DNA of 64,000 nt from Patescibacteria group bacterium (GTDB lineage Bacteria > Patescibacteriota > Patescibacteriia > Magasanikbacterales > GWA2-37-8), in NCBI GenBank assembly GCA_041649475.1, contig JBAZNA010000001.1, positions 456,612-520,611 on the forward strand. Reading direction: 5' to 3'. Made by a program: the position numbers and the translations under genes. Below the pieces are notes generated by a model that had not been told where the DNA came from, did no database searches, and saw only the letters and a list, made by a program, of their open reading frames with translations. Shown in pieces: positions 12,690-22,900 of this stretch (the first letter of the stretch is position 1; each line of letters begins with the position of its first letter).

Positions 12690-13556
12690 CTACAGGAAGA
12701 AGGTGACGCCGAAGTTTCTGGCCTCGTTGCGTTTGCGAGGAATCAGGTGAGTGCCACCGATCCAGACGCCCGGGCTACTGAATATGAAGGTGGTGCCGCC
12801 CCCGCTGAGGCTCAAGGCTCCCCGCATTGCTCCCTTAACATGGTAGTCCAGGTCCGGAGCGATCGCCTCGGGGAAGTAGTGGACGATGCTGGGATTGAGC
12901 CCGGCAAGAGTAGCCCACCGAGGATGAAGGGCGGCGATTAGCGGGAGCTCCTGTCCCACACCCATCAGACCCTTCTGATCCAGATCGGCGCGAGCTTCGG
13001 GGATCGGGCGTCCTCTGTACCTGAATCCCAGATTCACCACGGCCCACCGGAATCCGGCGGGGCGAGGTCTCGCGCCCTTGCGCACACTCACGACGGGTTT
13101 TGGTCCGTTGCGCTCGGTATCCGAGAAGGTCCTGGCCAGATCCTTCTTCCATCGGTCCTTGCCGAAGACATACTTGCAGGCTGCGATGTTGCGGGCGAGC
13201 GTTTTGAGGGGGTTGCCGGTCTCGTAGAGCAGGCAGAGGCAGAACGTCTCGGGAATGCCCTCTCGCTCAGGAGGGGGGGGCGGATCACCAACGGCGCGGA
13301 TCACCTGTTCGGTGATGCACTTGTCCTTCCACACCTTATCGTTGATCTCCAGGATGGTTCTGATCTGGTGATTGGGCGGTGCAAACGGCAGGCGATTGTA
13401 GACCTGCATGGCGATGTCTCCGCGGAGCAGCTCGTCGTCGCGGACACGCATCCAATCACCCAGGTCGATACCAAAGGCTTTGAATTCCCTATGGAGTGCC
13501 ACGACCAGCTCAACGGCCTTGGAGAGATCCCTCTCATCGTATGCTTTCTTCTTCAT
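12690..13556 (-). CDS. GC-rich hypothetical protein (member of the SD-led GC-rich gene class)
   Basis: 288-aa ORF with GC-rich codons, GAGGA upstream of ATG, own promoter at 13662-13690. Confidence 0.75.
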   Translation of the reverse strand: MKKKAYDERDLSKAVELVVALHREFKAFGIDLGDWMRVRDDELLRGDIAMQVYNRLPFAPPNHQIRTILEINDKVWKDKCITEQVIRAVGDPPPPPEREGIPETFCLCLLYETGNPLKTLARNIAACKYVFGKDRWKKDLARTFSDTERNGPKPVVSVRKGARPRPAGFRWAVVNLGFRYRGRPIPEARADLDQKGLMGVGQELPLIAALHPRWATLAGLNPSIVHYFPEAIAPDLDYHVKGAMRGALSLSGGGTTFIFSSPGVWIGGTHLIPRKRNEARNFGVTFFL

Positions 13557-13661
13557 GGCTTATCCTCGCTTTCAGGTATCGTAGCTAGTTTCCCAGCCTT
13601 CTTTTGAATCTGTGTGGCAGAGCCAAAAGAAAACTGAGATAATTGTGAAAAAGAACAATTT

Positions 13662-13690
13662 ACATTAGCACAAAACGAGGTATTTGTCAA
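13662..13690 (-). promoter_or_regulatory. sigma70 extended -10 promoter
   Basis: TTGACA-17 nt-TAATGT with TG at the extended -10 position. Confidence 0.7.
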
Positions 13691-13911
13691 CAGCTAAGGC
13701 AAAAAGTGAAATTTTATAAAAAGGCCCAGCTCGGGTCTTTACCTCAATGTATCCCCACATTTTAGGAGTCCCAGGAAAGACAACCCCCGGGTACCATTCT
13801 GCCTGCCGCCAAGTTACGCTGTTAGCCGCTGGCGCATAGCCTCTGCCGCTACTTGTTCTTGGATATTAGCGTCTGCCACCAGGCGCTTGTTTTATTATTA
13901 ACAACATACTT

Positions 13912-14202
13912 ATGCAACAAGCAAAAGCAAAGTACAAAGGCTCGGCGCAAACCTTTGCCCTGGTCAAAGAACAAATCCTTGAGCGCTTTGGTCAGGAAGC
14001 GGCGGATAGTTACCGGCCCACGGAAAATTGTTTCACACTCCGTGATTGGAATTCCCGTGGTTTCCGGGTGCGGAAAAGCGAGAAAGCAATCAGGTCGTTC
14101 ACAATCGTGGAAGAAGAGAATGAGCAGGAAGAAAAACGACGCTGGCGCAAGCCGGTGTTTTTGTTCTGGCGCGGTCAGGTCGAAGAAATTAAATCACCTT
14201 AA
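13912..14202 (+). CDS. ArdC-N-like ssDNA-binding domain protein
   Basis: CFTLRDWNSRGFRVRKSEKAIR...VFLFWRGQVE pattern. Confidence 0.7.
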   Translation: MQQAKAKYKGSAQTFALVKEQILERFGQEAADSYRPTENCFTLRDWNSRGFRVRKSEKAIRSFTIVEEENEQEEKRRWRKPVFLFWRGQVEEIKSP

Positions 14203-14211
14203 TTTTATATT

Positions 14212-14430
14212 ATGAGGAAAAATATAAGGAAAATAACTTACCGCAGTTGTGATAGCCGTGGTGAGCCCATACCGTGCTTGCCAGTGGAGGGTAAATTCAT
14301 GAATGGAATAAACTTTCCAATCGGATCACAGGTCGATATCCGGTATAGTAATGGTTTTATCCATATCAGCCGTATCTTAAACAGCGGCCGATACAGCGGT
14401 CTGGCAAACGCTGTGCAAGTCAGGCAATAA
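14212..14430 (+). CDS. SymE-like (AbrB-fold) protein
   Basis: IPCLPVEGKFMNGINFPIGSQVDIRYSNGFIHI matches the SymE pattern P-x-x-x-x-x-G-K-x(6)-F-x-x-G-x-x-V. Confidence 0.6.
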   Translation: MRKNIRKITYRSCDSRGEPIPCLPVEGKFMNGINFPIGSQVDIRYSNGFIHISRILNSGRYSGLANAVQVRQ

Positions 14431-14434
14431 CATT

Positions 14435-14716
14435 ATGGTGAAAGATAAAATCTTAAATCAATACGCGCGGCACAATATCAGCGTCCTTGATCCGATTACC
14501 GTATCACTGCTTAAAAGTGGTGACTGGCGGGATACGCCAAGCGGGTTATTGCGCTGCGTGAAGTGCGGCCGACATGGTGTAAGTACTCCAATCATAGTAT
14601 TTTTTAATTATCAAGGCGAAAAAATATTATGTTATGGCTGCCAGAAAATAATAAATAATAAATTATATGAACAATCAATTAACAGCAGTAGCAGAAAAAC
14701 CAGCGTTAGTAATTAA
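14435..14716 (+). CDS. Hypothetical zinc-binding protein
   Basis: CVKC...CYGC. Confidence 0.6.
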   Translation: MVKDKILNQYARHNISVLDPITVSLLKSGDWRDTPSGLLRCVKCGRHGVSTPIIVFFNYQGEKILCYGCQKIINNKLYEQSINSSSRKTSVSN

Positions 14717-15416
14717 TCGCAACCTGCCGGCGCCGGAGGGGGATCCAGTAAAAGTTTTAGAATTCGCACATCGCGCCGCTAAAGCGTTAACTGAAGTTGT
14801 TAATTCCAAAGCAAAGAAAATTATAATAAACGGAGAACAATTCCTGACATTCGAGGACTGGCAGACAATCGCCAGATTCTATAATACATCAGTCGGCGTG
14901 GAATGGGTGAAACCAATTACCAAAAAAGACAATGTGTTTGGTTTTGAATCCAGGGCAGTTGCTTACAAAGATGGAAAAATTGTGTCATCAGCCGAGGCAT
15001 CGTGCACCAGAGAAGAAAAAAGCTGGACCGATAAACCCGCTTTTCAAATAAAATCCATGAGTCAAACCCGGGCAATGGCTAAGTGTCTCAGAAATATCTT
15101 TGCCTTTGTGGCAGTGCTGTCTAACTATCAGCCAACACCAGCAGAAGAAGTGATGTTTGATAATCCTGCTCCGATAACCAAAGCACCAGCTGTTGATATG
15201 GTTGAAGATGAATCCGAATACAACGCCAGCAAGAATTATCGTGCCTTTGAAGAAAGCAGTATCACAGAGAAACAGATTATTTTACTTACGCAATTACTTA
15301 CAGAGAAAGTTTTAGATGAGGAGGAACGACAAGAGCGGATAAATAGCATAACCGAATTATCTAAGTCGGAGGCATCGGCGGAGATATCTCGACTGATAAA
15401 TAATTGTGACTTCTAA
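14667..15416 (+). CDS. Putative ssDNA-annealing (SSAP/recombinase-like) protein
   Basis: AEASCTREE...SMSQTRAMAKCLR...TPAEEV; C-terminal TEKQ...LSKSEASAEI. Confidence 0.6.
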   Translation: MNNQLTAVAEKPALVINRNLPAPEGDPVKVLEFAHRAAKALTEVVNSKAKKIIINGEQFLTFEDWQTIARFYNTSVGVEWVKPITKKDNVFGFESRAVAYKDGKIVSSAEASCTREEKSWTDKPAFQIKSMSQTRAMAKCLRNIFAFVAVLSNYQPTPAEEVMFDNPAPITKAPAVDMVEDESEYNASKNYRAFEESSITEKQIILLTQLLTEKVLDEEERQERINSITELSKSEASAEISRLINNCDF

Positions 15417-15479
15417 ATCATATTGGCTGGGGCAGTGTCTGTGCGACCTGCCCTCGGCCATCTCTAACCTGAAATCATT

Positions 15480-15833
15480 ATGGTTTTATTCTTAATTGTT
15501 TGCGTCATCTTCCTTCTGCTCATCAAAATATTTGTTAGTGAAAAGCACGAGAATTTTGAACCAAACAGAAAAGAAATAGTCGAAATCAAGTTCAATCTTC
15601 CGCGAGAAGTTATTGCTGATATTCAACCAGAAGCCATACCCATTTGGGAAAGGGAAAAGAGAAGAAGAAAATTGCTCAACGAAGTTTTTCTCATTGGCGT
15701 TTCAAGCCGTGCACGTCTTGAGCAAAAGCAAGTTGAAGATAGAGCGTTAAGTAATAGATCGTATTATTATTATTCACATGATAAATCAAAAATTATATGC
15801 AATCCGGACAAAACAAAACAGGAGATAAAATAG
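15480..15833 (+). CDS. Hypothetical protein with N-terminal TM helix
   Basis: ORF with hydrophobic N-terminus. Confidence 0.55.
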   Translation: MVLFLIVCVIFLLLIKIFVSEKHENFEPNRKEIVEIKFNLPREVIADIQPEAIPIWEREKRRRKLLNEVFLIGVSSRARLEQKQVEDRALSNRSYYYYSHDKSKIICNPDKTKQEIK

Positions 15834-16018
15834 AGATTTTAGTTGTTAACTTCTGCCACATAGTCCTTATGCCGGCGATTATGATTGGTTTCATAATTTC
15901 CGTTGTCTTCCCTGGCGCAAGAATTACCGTATCCGACATTCTGATGAAAGGGTTTTTCATGTTTGTGGGGCTTGCAGTGGTATATTTCACTGCTGCACAT
16001 TACAAAAGTAAGAGATAA
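15797..16018 (+). CDS. Small 2-TM membrane protein
   Basis: Two hydrophobic segments; hairpin with T run at about 16028-16062. Confidence 0.45.
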   Translation: MQSGQNKTGDKIEILVVNFCHIVLMPAIMIGFIISVVFPGARITVSDILMKGFFMFVGLAVVYFTAAHYKSKR

Positions 16019-16114
16019 ACTAAGAAGAGGCCGGTGTAGACATACTACACTGGTCTTTTTTTTACCAAACTCAGCAGTTATTGATTATTTAACAGAAAAG
16101 GTGTAAATTAATAC

Positions 16115-16270
16115 TGCTAGTCCATAAACAAAAATCCCTACGCACACAGGCGGTTTCTTGCTGCCTCATTCTTGCTCATAGTGGCCAGGAATGGGCCGCG
16201 GAAGCCGTTATGGGCATCTCGTTCGTAGGGATGTACCAGATGGACTAGCAAAACCGCGGTCCATTTTTTA
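16115..16270 (+). promoter_or_regulatory. Structured 5' leader RNA of the cargo operon
   Basis: Nested stems tgctagtccat/atggactagca and atccctacg/cgtagggat; promoter TTGATT-17-TAAATT at 16081-16109. Confidence 0.6.
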
Positions 16271-16284
16271 ATTTATTCAAATCT

Positions 16285-17532
16285 ATGTCATTATCTGATA
16301 TTTTAAGTGGTAAAATAGCTAAAATAAATATGCTGAGGGAGAATGTGAGCAGTCCATATCAGGCAAGGGTCACAAATAATATTTTAGTGAAACCAAAAAA
16401 TGAGAGAATTTTTGAGGAGGAACTCTGCTTTGCTGCTGTAGGGTTTAGCGACAAGATGACTTGTTATGTTTTTCATCCTAAACTTGATATATTCAAGAAT
16501 CAAATAAGCAGTTTGAATGAGCATAATCTCAACGTACTTTATCAACAATTTACGCTTTGGTTTTTTTATCTCACTTTAAAACTAGGTAATAGAGAGATAA
16601 TTAACTATGCCCAACTAGTCGGATTACTGTACACAATTTTTGATATAAATGAATCTCGATATGAGGATTTTGAAAAGAGCATGAGCAGCTCAACAAATGA
16701 TTTCTTTGAGTGGTGGAGATCTCTTTGTAATATCATTGGCGCGGATCCTAGTAGCAAATTTACGGAATTTTCAGCAATAGCAACAAACGCGTATAAAGAA
16801 GTATTATCAATGTGCAAAGAGTTGCAAACTTTTTTAGAAACAGAGAAAAATATTAGCACAGCAGTTGAGGAAACGAGGAGTGCACAGATTATTGATGTCA
16901 AAGATATCGAAAAAAGCGTATGTTCATCCCTGAATGATGCGGAGAAAGCTAAAGGTTTCATTTTCAAATTACCGCATAATAGTGGTATGTTGCTTAAGTA
17001 TTCACTTATTGGACCGGATAATTGGGAAATAAGGTGTGTTAATGCTGACGACGGTAGAGAGGGTGTGTTGGGACAAAATTATAATTCGCAACAGACGATA
17101 GCTACGTTGTACTTTCTTGTTGAGCAGGACATGCTTAAGCAGGAAGGTGCAACCGATGATGACGTAAAATGGTGGAGCAGCTTAAGCGACGATGTAAAAC
17201 AAAAATTAATAAAAGATGATAATACATTCAGATGGGAGCACTTCACTATATGTGTACAAAAATTGCACTTATCAGCCGAGGACGCATTAAGAAAGACGTG
17301 GCTAGATTTTCCTGTTTATGGTAAATATCCTCTAACGCAGGAGATATTGGAGGAAATGAATGGGTTAGGTTTTACAGAAGATGATAAACCTCTACCATAC
17401 GAACTCCATAATAGAGTGGATAGATTTATGGCTAAATCCATGTTTAAGATGAAAGAAATTCAGGAAGAAAAAGGGCATTTTTCTACCATGAACGCCTTCT
17501 TTCGTTCAAAAATTAGAAGTGGGGATTTATAG
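16285..17532 (+). CDS. Hypothetical protein
   Basis: 415-aa ORF. Confidence 0.75.
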   Translation: MSLSDILSGKIAKINMLRENVSSPYQARVTNNILVKPKNERIFEEELCFAAVGFSDKMTCYVFHPKLDIFKNQISSLNEHNLNVLYQQFTLWFFYLTLKLGNREIINYAQLVGLLYTIFDINESRYEDFEKSMSSSTNDFFEWWRSLCNIIGADPSSKFTEFSAIATNAYKEVLSMCKELQTFLETEKNISTAVEETRSAQIIDVKDIEKSVCSSLNDAEKAKGFIFKLPHNSGMLLKYSLIGPDNWEIRCVNADDGREGVLGQNYNSQQTIATLYFLVEQDMLKQEGATDDDVKWWSSLSDDVKQKLIKDDNTFRWEHFTICVQKLHLSAEDALRKTWLDFPVYGKYPLTQEILEEMNGLGFTEDDKPLPYELHNRVDRFMAKSMFKMKEIQEEKGHFSTMNAFFRSKIRSGDL

Positions 17533-17546
17533 ATAATTTAATAAAT

Positions 17547-17777
17547 ATGACAAATCAAACAGATCAGACAATAAAAAATGATAAAATTGCGGTAGCTAGT
17601 TTTGTATTAGGAATTATTTCCATATTTCTTTGGGAATTAAGTATTTTCCCGTTGTTGGCTCTTATACTTGGCATAGTGGGAATTGTGCGCACAAATAAAA
17701 GTGGAGCCGGTATGTGGATGGCTATAACTGGTACTGTTCTGGGCATTCTTTTTTTGATCGTTAGATTAAATCATTAA
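17547..17777 (+). CDS. DUF4190-like small membrane protein
   Basis: AVASFVLGIISI...GMWMAITGTVLG. Confidence 0.7.
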   Translation: MTNQTDQTIKNDKIAVASFVLGIISIFLWELSIFPLLALILGIVGIVRTNKSGAGMWMAITGTVLGILFLIVRLNH

Positions 17778-17787
17778 ATTTTGGAAT

Positions 17788-18771
17788 ATGGAGGTTGCGA
17801 CAAATAAGTCTTTTGCTAATCGTAAAAGCATTTCATACATACTCGGAGGAGTTACATTCGTTTTAATATTATTGAGGATGAAATCGGTGACATTACCTTA
17901 TTTTATTGGTTCTTTGGTTGGTTGGGTTTTGGCAGTAGTCACACTACAGGTGATTTTGCATTTTTTAATTAAGAAATTTAGCAAAGACAAAAATGTTTCA
18001 CATATTGTGGCATTAAATATCGCTTTAGTAATTTATATTATAATTTTTATTTTTTCCGGATTGGTTCAAAATCATTCGAACAGCGATTTCAATCCTGTTA
18101 GCAATGTTATACCAATCAATGAGGCGCCATCTGCGATAAGCACAAATTCTTCGGGTCCTCTAGATGGACAAACAACAACAGCCGCACAGCAAGAATTACA
18201 AAGTATCATTGAGAAAGTTGGGCAACTTGTGTCTTTACCAAATGGAGAAGTTCCGGTATTGGCAACGGTTAATGACGCGATTAAATTAGTTCTAACCCAG
18301 CCGTTTTATAAAGACGCACAAAATGGCGATGTAGTTTTAGTATATTCTCAGGCCAAACAAGCCTTTTTGTATGATCCAAATAAAAATATTATTGTAAACG
18401 TCGGACCGCTTATTACTAATACAGCAAATATAGACTCTCCCGGTCTGTGCCCATCTGGATTTGTATGGTTAGGTACATTCGATAATAATGGAAAACCAAA
18501 TTGCGGATGCGAAGATGGATATGTGGTTGTGCCTAGGGGGCCTATAGGAGATGTTAAATACATATGCACCCAAATCAAAACAGAATGTGATTCGGACGCT
18601 TGTTTGTATGATGGCAAATGTTATGCTAAACCTGTTCACGGTCATTGTGTCACGAATAACCTGAATCATAATTGGACATGTGATGCAGGGTATGTACAAG
18701 AATACGAGGATTGTGTAGGCTGGTTAACCAAAGTTAAAGATGATGCTAAACGATTGATAAACTCAAATTAA
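17788..18771 (+). CDS. Membrane protein with C-terminal Cys-rich (EGF-like) region
   Basis: Three TM helices, then CPSG/CGCEDGY/WTCDAGY. Confidence 0.75.
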   Translation: MEVATNKSFANRKSISYILGGVTFVLILLRMKSVTLPYFIGSLVGWVLAVVTLQVILHFLIKKFSKDKNVSHIVALNIALVIYIIIFIFSGLVQNHSNSDFNPVSNVIPINEAPSAISTNSSGPLDGQTTTAAQQELQSIIEKVGQLVSLPNGEVPVLATVNDAIKLVLTQPFYKDAQNGDVVLVYSQAKQAFLYDPNKNIIVNVGPLITNTANIDSPGLCPSGFVWLGTFDNNGKPNCGCEDGYVVVPRGPIGDVKYICTQIKTECDSDACLYDGKCYAKPVHGHCVTNNLNHNWTCDAGYVQEYEDCVGWLTKVKDDAKRLINSN

Positions 18772-18781
18772 TATTTTATAT

Positions 18782-19705
18782 ATGTCGCCTGAAACCATCC
18801 CATCTCTTTTTAAAAAACAAACCATCTACTCTCTCGCCGCCGGCGCCCTCATGCTCGCTTATAGTATATACTTCACACTGACTTTGAAGTTTATAAATAT
18901 ATCCGATCTGCTCGTTTTTGCTGCCGTATTTTATATACCCGGTAATGTCTTGTTGTTATTTTCCATCCGGAAGCAAATAAAAACTAACGGCGATGTGACA
19001 GCCCTAAGCGTTTTGTTTAAGATCGTGGCTTACATATCCATCGGTTTAGTCGTGGCTGTTGGCTTTTACGAGATAACCGCGGCGGAGGAATCATTTTTTG
19101 ATTTAACACTTCTGGCTTTGTTTAGCATGTTAGAGGTTGCTTTGTTATATTTAACTGTAAAATTTGAGCAGCCAGAGGTTAAAAAAGATGTGGCAGTTAT
19201 TAAAATTAAATATCCCATAGGCGTTGCGGTAGCGCTGGCTTTAATGTTTTTGTATTTTGGTTACATTATAATTACCAGTTACAGCACGTCGGAAACAAAT
19301 CCGCCGGCCTTAACTGAACCATCCTCTTTAAGTTATGATATGGTTGCAAGAGATCAAAGCGACCAATATATAGGCAAGACCGTACAATGGCAAGGAACAA
19401 TTGCAACCGATCTATCGCAAATTTCAGGTATTAAATTTTATATTACAGGTCAAAATGACACCTCAAATTCAAAACAGTGGTATTGGGCCATACCGCAAGA
19501 TGAACCGTCAGCTAATGAAGTAAATGGGAAATGGGTGACGTTTATGCTGGGGAAGTATGGCAACATAAAGCCGGAGGATATAAACCCGGCCACAGATGTG
19601 TATTTGGTGACAGGGAAGCTTGTGGAGAGTGATTGTGATATCCAGCCAAATATTTGCATTCCAAATATTATAATTAGCTCTATAAAGAAGATTGGAACAA
19701 ATTAA
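18782..19705 (+). CDS. Membrane protein with C-terminal soluble (OB-like) domain
   Basis: About 5 TM helices, then YIGKTVQWQG. Confidence 0.7.
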   Translation: MSPETIPSLFKKQTIYSLAAGALMLAYSIYFTLTLKFINISDLLVFAAVFYIPGNVLLLFSIRKQIKTNGDVTALSVLFKIVAYISIGLVVAVGFYEITAAEESFFDLTLLALFSMLEVALLYLTVKFEQPEVKKDVAVIKIKYPIGVAVALALMFLYFGYIIITSYSTSETNPPALTEPSSLSYDMVARDQSDQYIGKTVQWQGTIATDLSQISGIKFYITGQNDTSNSKQWYWAIPQDEPSANEVNGKWVTFMLGKYGNIKPEDINPATDVYLVTGKLVESDCDIQPNICIPNIIISSIKKIGTN

Positions 19706-19943
19706 GATTGTGTTATATTGTACTTAACATGTAAGTTATAAAGTTGTGTTATTTACACCTTTGCTGGTGTAATTTAGTTAACTTGTCAAGAATAGTCTTT
19801 GAGCGTAAAATATAGTCAGTTGGTGTTGTTAGGGGTGTGTTATTTTTTGTATCAAAAGATAATACTTAATGAAGTATCCCTTAATTTTATAAATAAGTTT
19901 GTAAAATTCCTCTAAGTCAAGAAATACTGTATGATAAATAATT

Positions 19944-22900
19944 ATGAATAAGAATATATCCAGGATACAAATTGTTGAATCCATACCCCGCTTCATAAAG
20001 GCGGTTGGTAATTATTTTATGGATTTTCTCGAGACGGACTTTCATAAAAGAAAATTACCACGTAGGAATATTGAACTTCATAATGAAAAAGGTTTACTTA
20101 CTGGTGTTAATCTGAACAAGTATCCGAGTTTTTATAAAGTGGCTTATAAACTCGTAAATAACTGTTTCAATAGTGATGTTTTGAATTCAGTTCAAAAAGG
20201 CGTATACAAGGCAGATATACCTAAATCACTGCTTGACTTAATAAAAAAGCAGGTGAATAAAGTTTCTAATGCTGAAATTTTAAATCTAACGAAGGAAATT
20301 GATGAGGCGGTTCATCAGTCCGCCCTCAAATACAAGGATGATTACTTGCAGGCGTTTAATTCGGTTATGGAAGACGCAGACAGGGTCTTCAAACGACGTA
20401 TTGTGTTGGACTTGGTGAAAAGTATTGAAAAATCACTGCAGAATACTAAGCTTGCCGACGAGAATGCAATATTCCAAATAGAGGAAGAACTTACGGATAT
20501 TTTAAAAAATAAAATTAAAGATGTTGTTTCAGAGGGGCTTAAACAGTTATTGAGCGGAGAGAAAACAAGTATAAAAAATCTTCTCAAGGATGTACTTGAT
20601 CTTGAAGAAGTTCGTACTAGTTTAACCAAGTTTTTTGACATGTTTAAAGTTTCTGATTTATTTAATGATTTACATGAGTTATATCAGAATTATAAGATTG
20701 AAGACAAGAAAGAATTTTATTTTTATTTTTATGACATTAGTTATCAAAAAAACAAGTATCCAATTTTTTATATACCTTTTTCGATCGAACGAAAAAGTGA
20801 TGAATTTTCTATAGTATTCGATTCACAAATATATATAAACAAGAAAGCACTCGCTTACATTGTACAGGAATATAATCGTGAACGTGATAGGAAAGGTTCT
20901 CTTCAGACGATAGATGATAGAATAATTTATCTTGCTGATCATACAGATGACCTTAATCTTATTTTGCAACAAACAATTACGGAAATAACCAATTTTTTTG
21001 GCCTCGAAGAGAATATTTTTGTAGCAAAGCCAGATATACAGACCAGCAAGAATTTATATATATCTTTAAGTACAAATGTGTATGTGGCTCTTTTCGATAA
21101 ATCTGATGAGGCTTTACTAAATGATTATGAGGACATATTAAATGCACCTGAAGGTAGCCCTTTAATGAATGGTTTTAAAATACTGATAGAAGATTTTATT
21201 AATAAGAATCCCGTGTCTATTCAGATACCTATTGCAGACGAGTGGGATGGAAAAAGCGTGGGTGAACGTCTGGTTTGTAAAAGTCCTATTCCTCTTAATA
21301 GTGAACAACAACAGATTCTCTCAGCCATCAATAATAATCAGTCTAAATACGTGCTTGTCGAGGGTCCCCCAGGAACAGGTAAAAGCCATACTATAACAGC
21401 AATTGTGTTTGATACAATTCTTAAAGGAAACTCCGTCTTAGTTCTTTCTGACAAAAAAGAAGCTCTAGACGTTGTGGAGAAAAATATTATTAATACCCTC
21501 AACAAAGTGCGGGTTGATGAAAAATTTCAGAACCCTCTTTTAAGATTGGGAAAAACTGGTAATACATATAACCAATTACTTACGCAGTCTTCAATTGATG
21601 GAATAACAGAACAGTTCCGCGTGGTAAAGAGTAAATATCCAAATCTCAATGAGCAGATTGATATTGCGATTACTGCTTTAAGAAACGGAGTAGAAAAACA
21701 AATTGGGGCTTACAAGAAGATATCCCTTGCAGATGTAAATGAGTTAGTCTCATTAAAACAACATTTTGATGAAAACGGATTTTGTATTGATATTGATGAA
21801 GCTATTAATAACCCTGATTCAGTAGTTGAACTCACAAAAATTCGGAGCATTCTCCTAAATTTAAAAAAGCAAATTAATACAAATAAGAAAATATCATTTA
21901 ATTTTAACTTCAAAAAAGAGCTTAATGAAGAAAGTTCAACGAACTTAGAATCAATTATTTCCGCACTTGAGGATATAAGAGAACTTGTTACTGATAATCC
22001 ACAGTTTCTAGAAGTTAAGCTTCTGATTTCTTATCAAAAAATTGTACAAGAGAACAAACCTAATGTAGAAAAATTGATTGGGGGTCTTGAAGATGTTTTT
22101 GAAATAGTTGATATCCTCACGAAAAATAAGAAATACACAGATCTTATTGGCATTCAAAAAAATAAATTTAATAGTTTGGCTGTTTTAAAAGATGTAACAC
22201 AGTATACCTTGAAATTGAAAGAAATGTTGGTCAAAGTTAAGTACTTTGCAAAAGACACTTTACCACTTTTAAATTTTTTTAAGCAATCATCCGAGTTGGA
22301 TGCCGTAGATTTGGAACAGTATATTGATTCAGCCAAACAGTTAAAAAGAGGTTTATTTGGCTATTTAGGAAAAGGTAAAGAGGTTCATGAGTTAAATCAG
22401 AATTTCCGAAAAAAATTTCCTTTATCAAAATTTGAAGATCCACATAAAAATTTAAAGGACCTTGAATCGATCCTGGCTATTTATAAATATATATTAGAAT
22501 TGAAAAAGGAAGTTCCTACTTGTGAGTATGATGACTGTGTGGATATTATAGTATCTCTTTTAAAGAAAGAAGATCTATTTTTTTCAGATGAGCAATTAGA
22601 TCGTCTGCATAAATTAGTTGAGAGTTTATCGAAGGTAGAAAAAAATATTGAAGATTTAAAAAGCGACATAAAGGATGCAACTCTTCAAGAATTAAAAAAT
22701 ATTGCGACCATTTTTGAAATAAACTCATTATATGAAGAGTTGGGTGAACTGATGGCTTCAGAAAAGGAATTGTTGGACCTAAATATTGACCTGGAAAAGA
22801 ATAAAAACCTTGAAGTTCTTATCCAAAAAAGTAATCTTGATAGACTTATAATTGAGATAAAGACGTGCAAAGAATATGTAGATACTCTTTTGGAGATTAA

